Shown here piece after piece: positions 13,198-27,949 of a stretch of 64,000 nucleotides of DNA. Position numbers and translations under genes: made by a program. Source of the DNA: Chiloscyllium plagiosum (taxonomy: Eukaryota); NCBI RefSeq assembly GCF_004010195.1, contig NC_057728.1, positions 50,792,782 to 50,856,781 on the forward strand. The letters are read 5' to 3'. The notes beneath the pieces are model-generated. The model did not search any database. It saw only the letters and a list, made by a program, of their open reading frames with translations, and was not told where the DNA came from. The stretch's first letter is position 1. Each line of letters begins with the position of its first letter.

Positions 13198-13924
13198 CCA
13201 CAATTCCAGCAGTTATTTTCAGAGGGTCAGTTGAGGGGGGGTTGGAACGGATGGAGCTGAAGAATAAACAGAGAGGGATGTGCAGCCAAGGGGATGGAGT
13301 GCAGCTGAGGGAGGATGGGGAGCAGGAGATGGGGGAGTCTGGACATTGTGGGGGAGCCCCAGTTGTGAACTCAATGTGACTCCTTACTTAAATATGCTCC
13401 AGATAAGTGGCTGGGATTGAGATAGCTCAAGGATGGGGTATTTACATGAAGAGATTGACGTGGGCATGTTTGGAAGGGAGTGAGGGCAGTGGTGGGATGG
13501 TTGGGGAAGGGACAAGTGGCTGAGTCTCCTGAACGTCACAGAGTTTAGACAGTGTGTTCTTCCCTAATCTCTCAGCTCTCCCCTTCCCAGCGTAGTAGAC
13601 ACCCTGTTGAAGAAGATTTGTGCCAGACAGAAAGACCCACACATCATTCTCAGTGAATCGGAGGGGTGCTGACTTCAATCTGATTTGGAATTGTGGAAAG
13701 GAAAGATCACACATTACTTAATGAAAACTCAAAGTTGACACAGCACCTTAGCTTGAACAAGTTGGTAGGTATGTAACTATTCCTATACCTGCATCACCAC
13801 AGAGCAGTGCGTGCTTCCTGCCCACTCCAGCATCTGAGTAACAAGTGAGTCTATTGCTGGACTCTGGGATAATTTATTTGCAGCTAAGAGTAGAAAGGAG
13901 ACTCCAAGTTTATTTTGATGAAAT

Positions 13925-14372
13925 TGGGTTTGAAGGTTTGAGCTATAGGGAGAGGCTGAGTAGGCTGGAGCTGTTTTCCTTGGCGTGTCAAATGCTGAGG
14001 GGTGACCTCATTAGAGATTTATAAAATCATGAGGGGCATAGATAGGGTATATAGACAAGATCTTTTCCCTGGGGTGGGGTAGTCCAGAACTAGAGGGCAT
14101 AGGTTTATGGTGAGGGGAGAAAGATATAAAAGGGACCGTAAGGGGCAACTTTTTCACACAAAGGGTGGTGGGTGTATGAAATGAGCTGCCAGAGGAAGTG
14201 GTGGAGGCTGATACAATTACAACATTTAAAAGGCATCTGGATGGGTATATGAAGAGGAAGGGATATGGACCAAATGCTGGCAAATGGGACTAGATTAGGT
14301 TGGAATGTCAGGTCAGCATGGATGAGTTGGACTGAACGGTCTGTTTCCATGCTGTACATGTCTATAACTCTC
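13925..14372 (+). mobile_element. CR1 LINE 3' end
   Basis: Typical 'ctagagggcataggttta..gtgag' segment and tail 'ctctataactct'. Confidence 0.85.
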
Positions 14373-15034
14373 TGCTACCTGTACACCAAGGGACATAAAC
14401 CGGCAAGTATTCTAAATTATTTTTTTCATAGGGTGACGGTGACACAATTAATCCCCATCGTTAATTTCTCCTGAACAGAATGGCTTTCCTGAACTAAGGA
14501 AAGACATACTGGCAATGGAGGCAGTTCAGTAACACTCAGTGGGTTGATCCCACCCGTGGAGGGATTTTCTTATGAGGAGAGGTTGAATAGGTTGGGCCTC
14601 TACTCTTTGGAGTTTCACAGTGGACAATACCAGCAGCATGCCAGAACTTCAAGAGTGTCAGGGGGTAGAGGTCAATGTAGCAGCCATCACTAAGGAGAAG
14701 GTGCTGGGGATGCTGAATGTTGATAAATAACCCTGACCAGAATTCTGAAGGATATACCTGAGGAGATTATGGAGACATTGTGATGATCTTTCAGGAATCA
14801 CTGGAATCAGGAAGGATCCTGTAAGACTGAAAAATGGCTAATTCAACTCTCCTGTTTAAAAAAAAAGGGAGGCAGAAAACAGGAAACTCTAGGCCAGTTA
14901 GCCTGACCTTGATCGTTGGTAAGATTTTAGAGTTCATTATTAAGGATAAGATCATTGAATGCTTTGTAAGTGCATGGTAAAATAGTTAAAAATCACACAA
15001 CACCAGGTTATAGTCCAACAGGTTTAATTGGAAG

Positions 15035-15073
15035 CACACTAGCTTTCGGAGCGACGCTCCTTCATCAGATGGT
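15035..15073 (-). ncRNA. Minimal type I hammerhead ribozyme motif
   Basis: CAU-CUGAUGA-A-GGAGC-GUC-GCUCC-GAAA-GC-UA^GUG: intact core, 5 bp stem II, palindromic AGCU stem III, 3 bp stem I. Confidence 0.78.
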
Positions 15074-15790
15074 AGTGGAGGGCTCAATCCTAACACAGAA
15101 TTTATAGCAAAAATTTACAGTGTGATGTAACTGAAATTATACATTGAAAAATTGATTGTCTGTTAAGCCTTTCATCAGTTTGAATACCACGATAGTTTCA
15201 CTTCTTTCATGTGTAAATCACAAATCCTTTTTTTAAAAGGTTGCATTCTCAGGTTAGCTGTTAACAATGGTGATAGCTAGACAATATGTTGAAGGTGTTA
15301 GCCTCCTGTGTTCTCTGTCTATGCCAATATGTTTAGATTGATTCTAATCTAAAAAGTGAGATAATGACCCACATGCACACATTTATTTTGTGGGGTGAAT
15401 TTGTACTTGCAGGGTTACATTGGACTTTGCTCAAAAACTGCATGCATTCATGGAGAACTCTGAGCTCAAAAACTGCATGAATTCGTGTAAAACTCCATTA
15501 TCTCACTTTTTAGATTAGAATCAATCTAAACATCATGGCATAGACAGAGAACACAGGGGGCCAACACCTTCAACATATTGTCTAGCTATCACCATAGTTA
15601 ACAGCTAACCTGAAAATGCAACTTTTTAAAGAAAGGTTTTGTGATTTACACATGAAAGAAGTGAAACTATCATGGTATTTAAACAGATGAAAGGCTTAAC
15701 AGACAATTAATTTTTCAATGTATAATTTCAGTTACATCACACTGTAAATTTTTGCTACAAATTCTGTGCGTTAGGATTGAGCCCTCCACT

Positions 15791-15829
15791 ACCACCTGAT
15801 GAAGGAGCGACGCTCCGAAAGCTAGTGTG
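15791..15829 (+). ncRNA. Minimal type I hammerhead ribozyme motif
   Basis: CAC-CUGAUGA-A-GGAGC-GAC-GCUCC-GAAA-GC-UA^GUG; stem I CAC/GUG. Confidence 0.8.
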
Positions 15830-15974
15830 CTTCCAATTAAACCTGTTGGACTATAACCTGGTGTTGTGTGATTTTTAACTTTATACACACCAGTCCAACC
15901 CCGGCATCTCCAAATCATGGTAAAATAGGGCTGAGTCAGCACAGCTTTGTCAAGAGGAGGTCAGGCCTGAGGTT

Positions 15975-16260
15975 GGGTGGCAGGGTGGCTCAGTGGTTAG
16001 ACTGCTACCTCTCAGGGTCCCAGGTTTGATTCCAGCCTTGGGTGACTGTCTGTGTGGAGTTTGCACATTCTCCCCGTGTTTGCGTGGGTTTCCTCCGGGT
16101 GCTCCGGTTTCCTCCCACAGTCCAAAGATGTGCAGGTCAGGCGAATTGGCCTTACCTAATTGCCCATAGGTGCATTAGTCAGAGAGAAATGGGTCTGGGT
16201 GGGTTACTCTTTGGAGGGTCGGTGTGGAATTGTTGGACCAAAGGACCTGTATCTAATCTA
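15975..16260 (+). mobile_element. HE1-type SINE
   Basis: gggtggcagggtggctcagtggttag...tgtgtggagtttgcacattctccccgtg... Confidence 0.85.
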
Positions 16261-18065
16261 AAATCTTTGAGGAGGCAACAGACAAGTTAGACAAATGAGA
16301 GCCAGTAGACATGATCTATTTGGATTCCTAGAAAGCCTTTGACAAGATAAATAAGAGCCCATGGTATTCGGGGCAAGGTACTGGCATAGATAGAGGATTG
16401 ACTGACTAGCAGAAGGAAGAGAGGCTCTTTTTCAGGATGGAATCTGGTAGCTAATGGAGTTCTGCAGGGGTCCGTGTTGGGACCCCAACATTCACGTTAT
16501 ACACTAACAATCTGAACAAAGCAACTTAGGGTGTTGTTGCTAGGTTCAAAGATGACACAAAGATCTGTGGAGGGACAAATAGTATGGAGAAAATGGGGAG
16601 GCAGCAGAAGGACTTGGGCAGACTAGGAGAGTGGGCAAAGAAGTGGCAGATGGAATACAACATAGGAAAGTGTGAGGTTATGTACTTTGGTAGGAAGAAT
16701 AGAGCTGTAAACTATTTTTCAAATAGGGAAAGGCTTCAGAAATCTGAAGTACAGAGCAACTTGGGAGTCCTAATCCAGGATTCTCTTAAGGTTAACATGC
16801 ATGTTCATTTGGCAGTTAGGAAGGTAAATGCAATGTTAACATTCATTTAAAGGGGGCTAGAATACAAAAGAAGAGATGTACTGCTGAGGCTGTATAAGAC
16901 AATATTTGGAATACTGTGAACAGTTTTGGGCCCCCTATCTAAGGAAGGAGGTGCTGGCCTTGGGGAAGATCCAGAGGAGGTTTACAAGAATTATCTTGAG
17001 GATGAAGGTCTCACCATATGATGTGTGGTTGAGGACTCTAGGTCTGTACTCAGTGAAGTTTTTATCGGATACTGAAAGGCCTAGATAAAGTGGACTTGGA
17101 GAAGATGTTTCCACTAGTGGGAGAGACTAAAACCAAGGGCACAGTCTTAGCGTGAAGAGACAACCCTTAGAACTTAGATGTAGGGGAATTTCTTCGCCAG
17201 AGGATGGTGTATCTGTGGAAATCATTGCTGCAGAAGGCTGTGGAAGCCAAGTCATTGAGTGTATTTAAGACAGAGACAGATAAGTTTTTAATTGGCCAGG
17301 GGATCAAGAGTTAAGAGGAAAAGGGAGGAGAATGGGTTTAAGATGCATATCAGCCATGATCAAATGATGGAGCAGATATGATGGACCAAATGACCTAATT
17401 CTCCTTATATATCTCATGGTCTTATGGAGTTTAGGAGAATGAAAGGAAACCTTAGTAAAGCATACAATTTATAGGGATTTGACAGAGTAATGTAGAGAGG
17501 TTTCCCCTTCTGGGCAATTCTACATTCCAGAGGGCATAATCTCAAAACCGTGAGGAGGAGGATTTGTTTTCTCTTAGAGGTTAGTGAGTCTGTGGAATCG
17601 TTTAGCACACTTGACTGTTGAGGCTGGATCATTTAAGTTTATTCAGGCCTGAGACAATTAGCTTTCTCATCATGAAGGGAATCAAGGGTTAATGGGATAA
17701 GACAAGAAAATAGAGTTGAGGACTATCATTGAACTATGAACTTATTGAGTGGCAGAATAGATTCGATGGGCTGAATGGGCTGAACCAGACTGGGCAAAAA
17801 TAGTAGATTTCCTTCCTAAAGAACATCAGTAAACTAACAATCAATGATAGTTGTCATGGTCACCATCACTTGATGAGATTGATATGCCAGATTTATTCAT
17901 TAAATTTAAGTTCCACCAATGGGATTTGAACCTGTGTCGAAAGAGTATTAGCATAGATTATTAGGCCAGTGATAGGAGCATTGGGCTAGTATAGGTTCCA
18001 GATTTAATAGATTCCATTAATGTTGTAGTTCTGATAACCAAACAGATTATTCCAAAAGAGGTTCA

Positions 18066-18206
<141 letters not shown>

Positions 18207-18752
18207 CTAAAATTAAATCAATTTGTATAAATGATCAGAAAGCAAAGAGAGGAGACAACAACACACAGGGTTACTGGCACACAGAGGTAGACATGGTAGG
18301 GCATGTGGCAGCAGCAGGAATGAGGCAAGTATAGAGGGGGTCATAGAGGAGGAGGTGAGAGGCCTGGATACTACCCACTTGTAATGGGGTAGAGTCTTGC
18401 CACCAGTTGAGATCAAATTGTTTGCCAGATTGCAGTACAAGGGGTTAGGTTCTGATTGTGTGATAAACTAATGAACATGATCACAGGAAGTGATATGATG
18501 TTATGTGATCTTGACCCCATTTGCAGCCTCATGGCAAGATGAAGCCACAGTAAGATGTTGCTTAAAGTCAATGTTCCTCTTACCTCGGCAAACTCTGCAC
18601 ATAGTTTTGTTGCACTGCTAAAGAATAAGTCTATTACATGAACCATCTCCAGACATTAACAATGTGTAATGTTAGCCAGTGATGCAACCATGGAGATTGT
18701 AAAGAAAATCCAGATTCATGCCCTCAAATGAGATAATGAAACACAGGAGCTA

Positions 18753-18911
<159 letters not shown>

Positions 18912-19230
18912 TCACCTGATAAAGATATCACATTTTGAACTGCACATACAAAGGAGCATCCAACCTGCATCTGTTACACACTTTTACTGTTGCATACTCA
19001 ACTGTCATTTCAGATTGATCAATCACTTCCTTGATCGATCCATGATCTTATGGATTATCTATGGTTTTGTGGCACAATAGTTGTATTCCTGCCTCTGAAT
19101 CAGAATCTATAGAATCAAGTCCCATTGCTAGAACCTGACTGTCACATAAAGTACTTTCATGATGCAGCTAACCAATCCTTCTGATGTATGTAAACAGAAG
19201 AGATTCTTTATGGATAGAAATGGATAGAGT

Positions 19231-19552
19231 AGGTGGCACGATGGCTCAGCGGTTAGCACTGCTGCCTCACAGCGTCAGGGACCTGGGTTTGATTCCAGCC
19301 TTGGGCGACTGTTTGTGTTGCTTGCACATTCTCCCTGTATCTGCCTGGGTTTCCTCCCACAGTCTAAAGATGTGCAGGTTAGGTGAATTGGCCATGCTAA
19401 ATTGTCCACAGTGTTCAGGAATGTTTAGGTTAGGAGCATTAGTCGGGGTAAATATAGGGTAGGGGAACGGGTCTGGGTGGGTTACTCTTCGGAGGGTTGG
19501 TGTGGACTCGCTGGGCCAAATGGCCTGTTTCTACACTGTAGGGATTCTATGA
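19231..19552 (+). mobile_element. HE1-type SINE
   Basis: ggtggcacgatggctcagcggttagcactgctgcctcacagcgtcaggg...gattctatgat. Confidence 0.85.
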
Positions 19553-19639
19553 TGAAACAGAAGCCACTACTATCATGGCCCATAGCTCTAGGCTGCAACA
19601 CTCTGACATTTGATAAGAATCACTTTCTGAATAGCGCAT

Positions 19640-20197
<558 letters not shown>

Positions 20198-20921
20198 TTA
20201 GTTGAAAAAGACAGGTTTTGTTTCATTTTTCAAAATGTATTCTTTCATGACAAGTGGCAAGATATGGCATTTATTTCCCATTCCTAAATACCCTTGAACT
20301 GAGTGACTTGCTTGGTCATTTCAGAGGGCAGGTAGAAATCAAACAGGTCTGGAGACCCATTTAGGCCAGACCGGGTAAGCATAGCAGATCATCTTCATTT
20401 CACCAAATGGACTTTGGTGAGCCAGATAGGTCTTTACAAAAATAAGTCTAACTTTCAATAACTGAATTTAAATTCCAACAAATGCCTCAGTGGGATTTGA
20501 ACCAATGTCCCCACACTAACAGCGGGGGCCTCTGGATTACTAATCCAGTGACATTACAACTACACCAGTACCAGCACAGGCTGGTATCAGTTTTAATAGA
20601 ATGTATTTTCCCAGTCACAGTTAGCACAACATAGGAATACAGACAAACAAAATTACCATTGAATATAAATTAAATTAAAAATCAGCTCTTCAGGACACAA
20701 TACATCTTTTATGAGATGATTCTCTTTCAATTTAAAATTAAAAGACCTTGCAAAATATTTGATGACAAAATATACTATTTAAAGTCTTTAAATTAAGAAG
20801 GGAAAATAATCTCTAATTAATCCTCTGATTGATGCAAAAAATTATGAAATTATTTTGGTCATTTCAATGAAATAGCTCAATGCATTTGTAGATATATAGT
20901 TGTGTTTGTTAATTCGCTTAC

Positions 20922-20985
20922 TGTTGTCCAAGTGGTTTGCCTTGATGATCTTCTCAGAGTAATCACAAATACTGGAGCATTCAAT
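20922..20985 (-). CDS. PRMT8: PRMT8 exon 4 (IECSSICDYSEKIIKANHLDN)
   Basis: catcag|ATT ... AACA|gtaagc; 64 nt. 'DYSEKIIKANHLDN' is PRMT8-type rather than PRMT1-type. Confidence 0.97.
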
Positions 20986-21259
20986 CTGATGTGTTAAGAG
21001 AAAGACAAAGTATGAACCTGTGAGCACTGAAATATATCTCTGCATCGTACTGATTTTAGAACAGATAATTATACCTGTGACTTCAAAGATAGCGCCACTC
21101 ATGTCCATAGCAACAAGAGTGGTTTTTAAAGTTTGTAATCATCGCTTGGCCAACAGTGAGTGTGAGTAAATCAGGCCAACATTGGCAGCTTTGATTCAGT
21201 TCAGCTCTGCCTGAGACTGCATGTATCAGGCATCTCAAAGAGAAGCAATGAAACAAAGA

Positions 21260-22200
21260 AAATAGGTATCTGAGGCAGTCTGGCCCTTCAAGCCTGCTTT
21301 GTAATTCAATATGATCATCCATTTCGTATCTTGTTCCTGTTTTCCAAACCCTTATCCCAAAGAGCTATATCTAACTCCTTCTTGAAAATATTCAATGCTT
21401 TGGCTTCAACCATTTTCTGCAGCAGAGAACTCGACAGGCTCCCTACTCTCTGGGTGAAGAGATTTTTCCTCATCTCAGTTCTAAATGGCGTGCCCTGTTT
21501 GCTTAGACTTTGATCCCTTGTTCTGGTCATCAGGAGCATCTTTCCTGCTTTTATTCTGTATAGTCCTGTTAGAATTTCATATGTTACTTTGAGATCCCCC
21601 TTTCATCTTCTAAACTTTGGTGAATTTAACCAATCTAGTGTCTCGCAGTTCCATCATCCCAGGACTCTGTCTGGTAACCCTTTGTTTCCATAGTCAGACC
21701 ATCCTTCCTCAGAGAAGGAAACCAAAACTGTGCACAATGCTCGAGGGGTGATCTCACCAAGGCCCAATACAATTGCAGAAAGACATCCCTACTCTTGAAC
21801 ACTATCCTCTCGCTATGGAGGCCAACATACCATGCTTACCTTCAGTGATTGGCGTATGAGGACATCCAGGTCTCCTTGCACCCCCCATTTTAAACCTCTG
21901 CCATTCGCATATTAATCCACATTCCTCTTTTTGCTATCAAAGTAGATAACCTCACATTTATCCACATTAAACAGCATCTGCCTTGCATTTGCCCACTCAC
22001 TTGTCCACATCATACTGAAGCATCTCTAAATCCTCCTCACGGCTCCCCTGCCCACACAGCGTTCTGTTGTTTGCAATCTTGGAGACATTACACTTAATTC
22101 CTTCATCTAAATCATTAAATATATTGTGAATACCTGGTGTTGAAGCACTGATCCCTGCAGAATCCCACTAGTCATTGCTATGCCAATCTGACAAAGTTCT
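21260..22200 (-). mobile_element. Degenerate CR1 LINE fragment
   Basis: Minus-strand 'TEMRKNLFTQRV..L', 'SGILQGSVL' and CR1 3' UTR. Confidence 0.8.
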
Positions 22201-22207
22201 GATATTC

Positions 22208-22556
22208 CTATAATCATGAGGGGCATGGATAGGATAAATAGGCAAAGTCTTTTCCCTGGGGTGGTGGAATCCAGAACTAGAAGGCATAAGTTTAGGGTGA
22301 GAGGGGAAAGATATAAAAGGGACCTAAGGGGCAATTGTTTCACGCAGTGTATGGAATGAGCTGCCAGAGGAAATGGTGGAAGCTACTACAATTGAAACAC
22401 TTAAAAGGCATCTGGATGGGTATATGAATAGGAAGGGTTTGGAGAGATATGGGCCAGGTGCTGACAGGTGGGACTAGATTGGGTTGGGATATCTGGTTGG
22501 CATGGACGAGTTGGACCGAAGGGTCTGTTTCAGTGCTGTACATCTCTATGACTCTA
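22208..22556 (+). mobile_element. CR1 LINE 3' end (young family)
   Basis: Close match to the reverse complement of 1000-1312 and to 14020-14370. Confidence 0.85.
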
Positions 22557-24509
22557 TGCTGTGCTCTGTCTGTCAACCAGCTCTCTTTCCATGTCAGTAC
22601 ACGATCCTCGATTATTAATTGGGGAATGGAACTGATGTGTTCTTTCAGTGTGTAAATGCAAATACAGGGCTGGGTATGGAGCAAACCATGGTGTTTTGTC
22701 ATTAGGACTGAGGGAAGGAGCAATTTCTTCACTCAAGGGAGGTGTGAATCACTGGAACTCTATACCCTGCAGCTGTGAATTGCAATATTAAGCACAATCA
22801 AGGCTGAAATTGACAATTTTATCCCTCAGAGAACGAAGGAATAAGAGGATAGGGCAGGGAAGTGGAATTGAAGGCCCAGAATAGCCAGGTTGATATAATT
22901 ATCTTCTGGATTAGAGTGGTGCTGGAAGAGCACAGCAGTTCAGGCAGCATCCAAGGAGCTTCGAAATCGAAGTTTCAGGCAAAAGCCTTACCGAGGATGA
23001 TATAATTAGCTGAGCAAGCTTGATGGTCCATACCAGCTCCTCATGCTCCAATTTCTAATGTTCTTATATGATCTCGCAATCTGAGTCAGGGACCCAGGAT
23101 GTATACCAACAAAGAGAATCAGTAAATGCTGTCTATTACTGTTCTTTGTTCATGTACTTGATTGATTGCCAACTTGTTCTCCTGTGGACTGACACCATCC
23201 AGATCTAGAGACAAATTTGTCATCTTTAACCTGAGATAGTTTTGGAGGTATACAAATTATGATCTGATGCTTCATTGCATAGTCAGAGACGGGAAGTGGT
23301 GTAACCCCTCCATCCCTGTTGTCCTAGACCAACCTGGGCTGATAATGTTTCAGAGGCACTACTGCATCAGCTGTCCATTTACATCCCCCCCACCTGCGTT
23401 CCAGTTTCTACCAATAACACCCAATGCCAACATTAACCAACCCTCACCCATGCATGGTGAGGTTTTGATGAGGGAAGGAAAAGCTTTCCATGGAAATTTG
23501 AATTAAATGAAACAGTGTAAAGCAGTAGAACTTTTCTCATCCTTTATTTCCTCACCTTTTCTCTCTTCTATATTGAAACAACCTGTCAGGCAGAACTACA
23601 ACTTCACTGGTGCCAGATCAACCCTTTGCAATTTTAGTCACAGCAAAGAAATTCACCGTCCGTGTTTTCAAACCCCTCCCTATCTCTGTAAGCTCCTGCA
23701 GACTTACAACTCTCCAAGATCTCTGCGCTCCTCCAATTCTGGCCTCCTGAGCATTCCTGTTTGTAATCGTGCCACCATTGGTGGCTGTGCCTTCAGATAT
23801 CTGAACCCTAAGCTCTTGAATTGCACCTCTCCATCCTGAAACCTCCCCGTCTCTCTACCTAAATCACTCTGTCAGCCTCTCTCCTCCAAGAAGGTACTTC
23901 TTTCAGCCCACTTCTGTGACCAACTCTTGACCATCTAAATTCCCTCTTGTGACTTGATGTCTAACTTAACTTTCTGATGTCCCATGTATAAACATAGAAA
24001 ATAGGGGCAGGAGTAGGCCATTTGCTCCACCATTCAATACCATTATGTTTGATCATACAACTAAGCACCTTCTTCCCATTATCTCCCCGTACCCTTTAAT
24101 CTCTTTAGTCCTAAGAACTATATCTAACTGCTCCTTTAAAGCATGTTTAGGCCTCAGCATGAAACTCCTTGTGTTCTATTGTGCACTATATAAATACAAT
24201 TTGTTATTATTGATCTGCAGATCTGCACAAGTGACGGAAGAGTCAGTTCCAAACTGGTCCAGTTCTTACTGGAGCTGAGATGCTGGGACTGTAATTTCGA
24301 GTCATAACCATTGGCAGCTGTTGTCAATCCCTTATGCAGGAGTCACTTGTTAGTGTGCTGATCAGCTAACAATGTAGACAGGGTTAAAGTCGGATGAGTT
24401 GTTCCATATTGAATCGGGCGGGGGGTTCATGCACTGGTGCCGCTTGTCATTACACAAGTTAGTTCATGATGGGTACTTCTAAACAGAGTTGACAAAAGAT
24501 GCACAATCA

Positions 24510-24707
<198 letters not shown>

Positions 24708-24909
24708 TTATTTTCGCTTTTCCATCACATTATGAGAGAACCTGTGAAGAAGAGCATGCCTGATTTAAACAAAATACAGATTAATAATTCTCAATGTGAA
24801 AAAAATGAGGACATACAAAAGAAGTTGTGGTTATTTTAATTTTTAAGGATGTGTGGAGCACACATATAAATCCACACAGACACACTCCCACACCCACACA
24901 CACTAATTC

Positions 24910-25400
24910 CCATGATAGTCCTAACCGATCCAGTGTCTGTTCATACATCAGTCCTGTCATCCCAGGAATCAGTCTGGTAAACTTTTGTTTCATTCCCCCT
25001 CCACAGCCAGAACATCCTTCCTTAATAAGGAGACCAAAACTGCACACAATGCTCCAGGTGTGATCTCAGCAAGGCCCTGTACAATTGCACAAAGACATCC
25101 CTGCTCCTGTGCTGAAATCATCTTGGTATGAAGGCCAACCATACCACTTGCCTTCTTCATCACTTGCTGCAGCTACATGCTGTCAATGACTGGAGTGCAA
25201 GGATATCGTGTTCTCAATGCACCTCCCTTTCTCAATCTATCACCATTCAGATAATAACCTGCCTTTGTGTTTTTGCTACCAAAGTAGATAATCTCACAGG
25301 TATCTACATTATATTTCACCTGCCAAACATTTATCCACGCACTCAATATGTCCAAATAACAATGAAGCATCTCTGCTTCCTCCTCACAGTTTCCCAGTCC
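24910..25400 (-). mobile_element. Degenerate CR1 LINE fragment
   Basis: Minus-strand ORFs 'WQVKYNVDTCEIIYFGSKN' and 'KFTRLIPGMTGLMYEQTLDRLGL'. Confidence 0.8.
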
Positions 25401-27949
25401 ACATTGGGTCTTCAAATGAACAATTCCCCCAATATTGCTCTGCTGCCTTCTGCCCCCTGCACATTCCTCCTTTTGCAAATCATAATACCTTGTGAAAGTC
25501 TCCATTGAAACTACCTCCATCCACAGCGAGGTACAGTGTAACCAGCACATTGACACAGTGTAACCCTGAATATGTGAACAGGATTATTCTAAGTCAAACA
25601 TGTGTTTAACATAACACTATTTCCTGAACATCTGCACATTATCTAATTCCATCATTGCTGTTATCACCTTAAGGAATGATTATCTTTGGCTTTCTGTAGG
25701 TCACCTTGAAATGAAATAGCAAAGTTTGCAAAGTTGATGTCATTTTCCCTAAAAGCCTGTTCTTCTTGTTCCAGGCCCATTTATTGCCGTCAAGATCCCT
25801 AGGTGGAAAACCGCTGGAGATCTACAGAGAAGTGGAGCTTAAGGCAGCAACAGGAGTTACAATGAGCTTTGTGAGAAATGCATGGGGATAAAGATGTGCT
25901 AAATTCATACAGGTCGCATAGGGCCAAATTCAGTCATGATGGGTGGCAGTGGGAATATGATAATTGGCCTCAGTGCTGCAGCTGCAGAGGAGGAAGAATA
26001 AGCCAATGTTCTCAGTTCCAATCAATGTTTACTCAAATATGTACACTGGGAAAAAGCCCAAATGACTGCTTCCTGCAGTGGAGAAAACTCCATTAATTTA
26101 TGCTTTATTAGCTTCCATGCAATAGGAGTACACTCTTGCTAATCATCAAATTTTAACAAGTAAATTGTGTAATGGACAACAACACTATATAAGTACCACC
26201 ATCAGATACTTAAGTGAAATTGTGTAAAATGAACACTTTGTTGCAAGTGCTGATGTTTACAGAGACCAATCTGCACTGGGACTGACTAATTCAAAACTGG
26301 GTCACCGACCCTGGGATTAACAAAGAAAAACTTCATTTGGGATCGTAAAGTTATTGTGGTGGGAGAGGGATATTGTGGGGGGTTATTGCAAGGGTCTATA
26401 CTAGATTTCTCAGCTGACAGACTCGGTGGGTCTCTCCATTGTAGTTATACATTCTGGTATTTAGCGTTTTTACTATATCCCTAGCCCTCATTTTTGGTTC
26501 TTGAAGATAAACTAAATATTTGATACCAATCACAGAATCCAAACTGTGATGCTTGTGATCAAACCAGTCCAAGCTCTTTAACTGCATATGCAATCAGGAG
26601 AGTGTGATGTATGAGTGGATGGGGAACAGTAATGAACAAAATGGGATTATTTCTCTCGCTCAGTAGTTCCAATGAATGTGAAAACAGCAATCAACACAGC
26701 TTGGAGAACCTTGAACTACATCATCAGCTAAGGCCCCAATCCAAGACAATCATGTTTTGGGTAGACCAGAATTTGAGTACTGACTGATTACCAAGACACT
26801 GGAAAGGGACCAATGGCTCAATGTACACATTACATACTGCTGCCCCTCTGTTAGTACCTGTGAACCACTCTGGGGAAGCCTAGTAGCAGGCTGAAGTCAG
26901 AGAGAGATTTACTGAACTCTTGCGAGATTTCAGTTCTCCCAGAAACAGCAGTTTCAATACTGAACAAACCTCTAGCTTGTTGGCAACAGAGCCTTACTCT
27001 CTGAGTTTTATGACACAATGCTGAGGGCCTATCAGCCACTAAGTGAAAGTTCATTGAATAACATGCCACCAAAATGTGGGTATCAGTAAAAGACTCAGGA
27101 ACCAGGAATCTCAGAATCATTACGGTGCAGAAAGAGGCCATTTGGCCCATCCTGTCTGCACTGGCTTTTCAAATGAGCACCATGACTCAACTATGACCCT
27201 GCCTTGTCCCTTTAACCATGCACACTGTTGCTATCCAAACAATCATTGATTGCCTCTACCTTCCACCACATTTCCAGGGAGTGGACTCTAGACCTGAACC
27301 ACTCGCTGTGTTACGCAAGGTTTCCCCCACAGGTTGATGTCAGCTTTCACTCAGTATTTTGATAAAATCTGGATCACGTCTTGTTCTATTATAATATTAT
27401 CTTGTTCTATTGTCTACTCCGACCCTCACTAGTAAACAGGCTGTGAAATGTAAGTTAGAATTCAGTATGCAAGAAATCACAATCGAACCCGAAATACACA
27501 AAGAATGTGCTTCTCTCCAGGGCCACTTACTGTCAGCTTCATGTAGAATAGGTTGACAAGAATTGACTTTCTATTCTCCATTAGCACAGTGTATTCCTTC
27601 TTTCAAACTCAGCCCCAGGTACATTTCAGTGTGGGCACAGTCAGCTATTAGCACAGAACATCATGTGAATTGTTCAATGTTCTGCTTTGCTCTGTTGACT
27701 AATGACAAACTGAGCTGGGAGCCATATGCATGCACAGATTGACTAGAGTGGTATTTGGAACTGCATTACCTATTATTAACTGAACACTTGCACTTCATTG
27801 TGTTTAATGAATGGGCTTGCTAATGCATAGCATTTGAATCACAGATAATGCTGAACAGTTGGATCATTCAGACTGAAGGTAGAGGTCCATATGGTAAGGG
27901 AGGGCCAAAGATTAAACGGCAAAGTGGAAGGTAACACAGGCTGATGGTT

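Larger units (their letters stand above)
14986..15915. mobile_element. Penelope-like fold-back element (family B): ~380 bp inverted arms at 14986-15365 and 15496-15878
   Basis: Arms are reverse complements of each other; exact 13 bp TSD catggtaaaatag at 14973-14985 and 15916-15928; one hammerhead per arm. Confidence 0.88.
14480..17420 (+). mobile_element. Degenerate CR1 LINE ORF2 (older family) carrying nested PLE and HE1 SINE insertions
   Basis: Fragments WQMEYNIGKCEVMYFGRKN and EYCEQFWAPYLRKEVLAL; RPVSLT-like coding near 14890. Confidence 0.85.

Noticed and set aside
15975..16060. tRNA-like A/B boxes here and in other SINE heads
   Set aside because: They continue into SINE bodies and do not form complete cloverleaves, so they are not tRNA genes.
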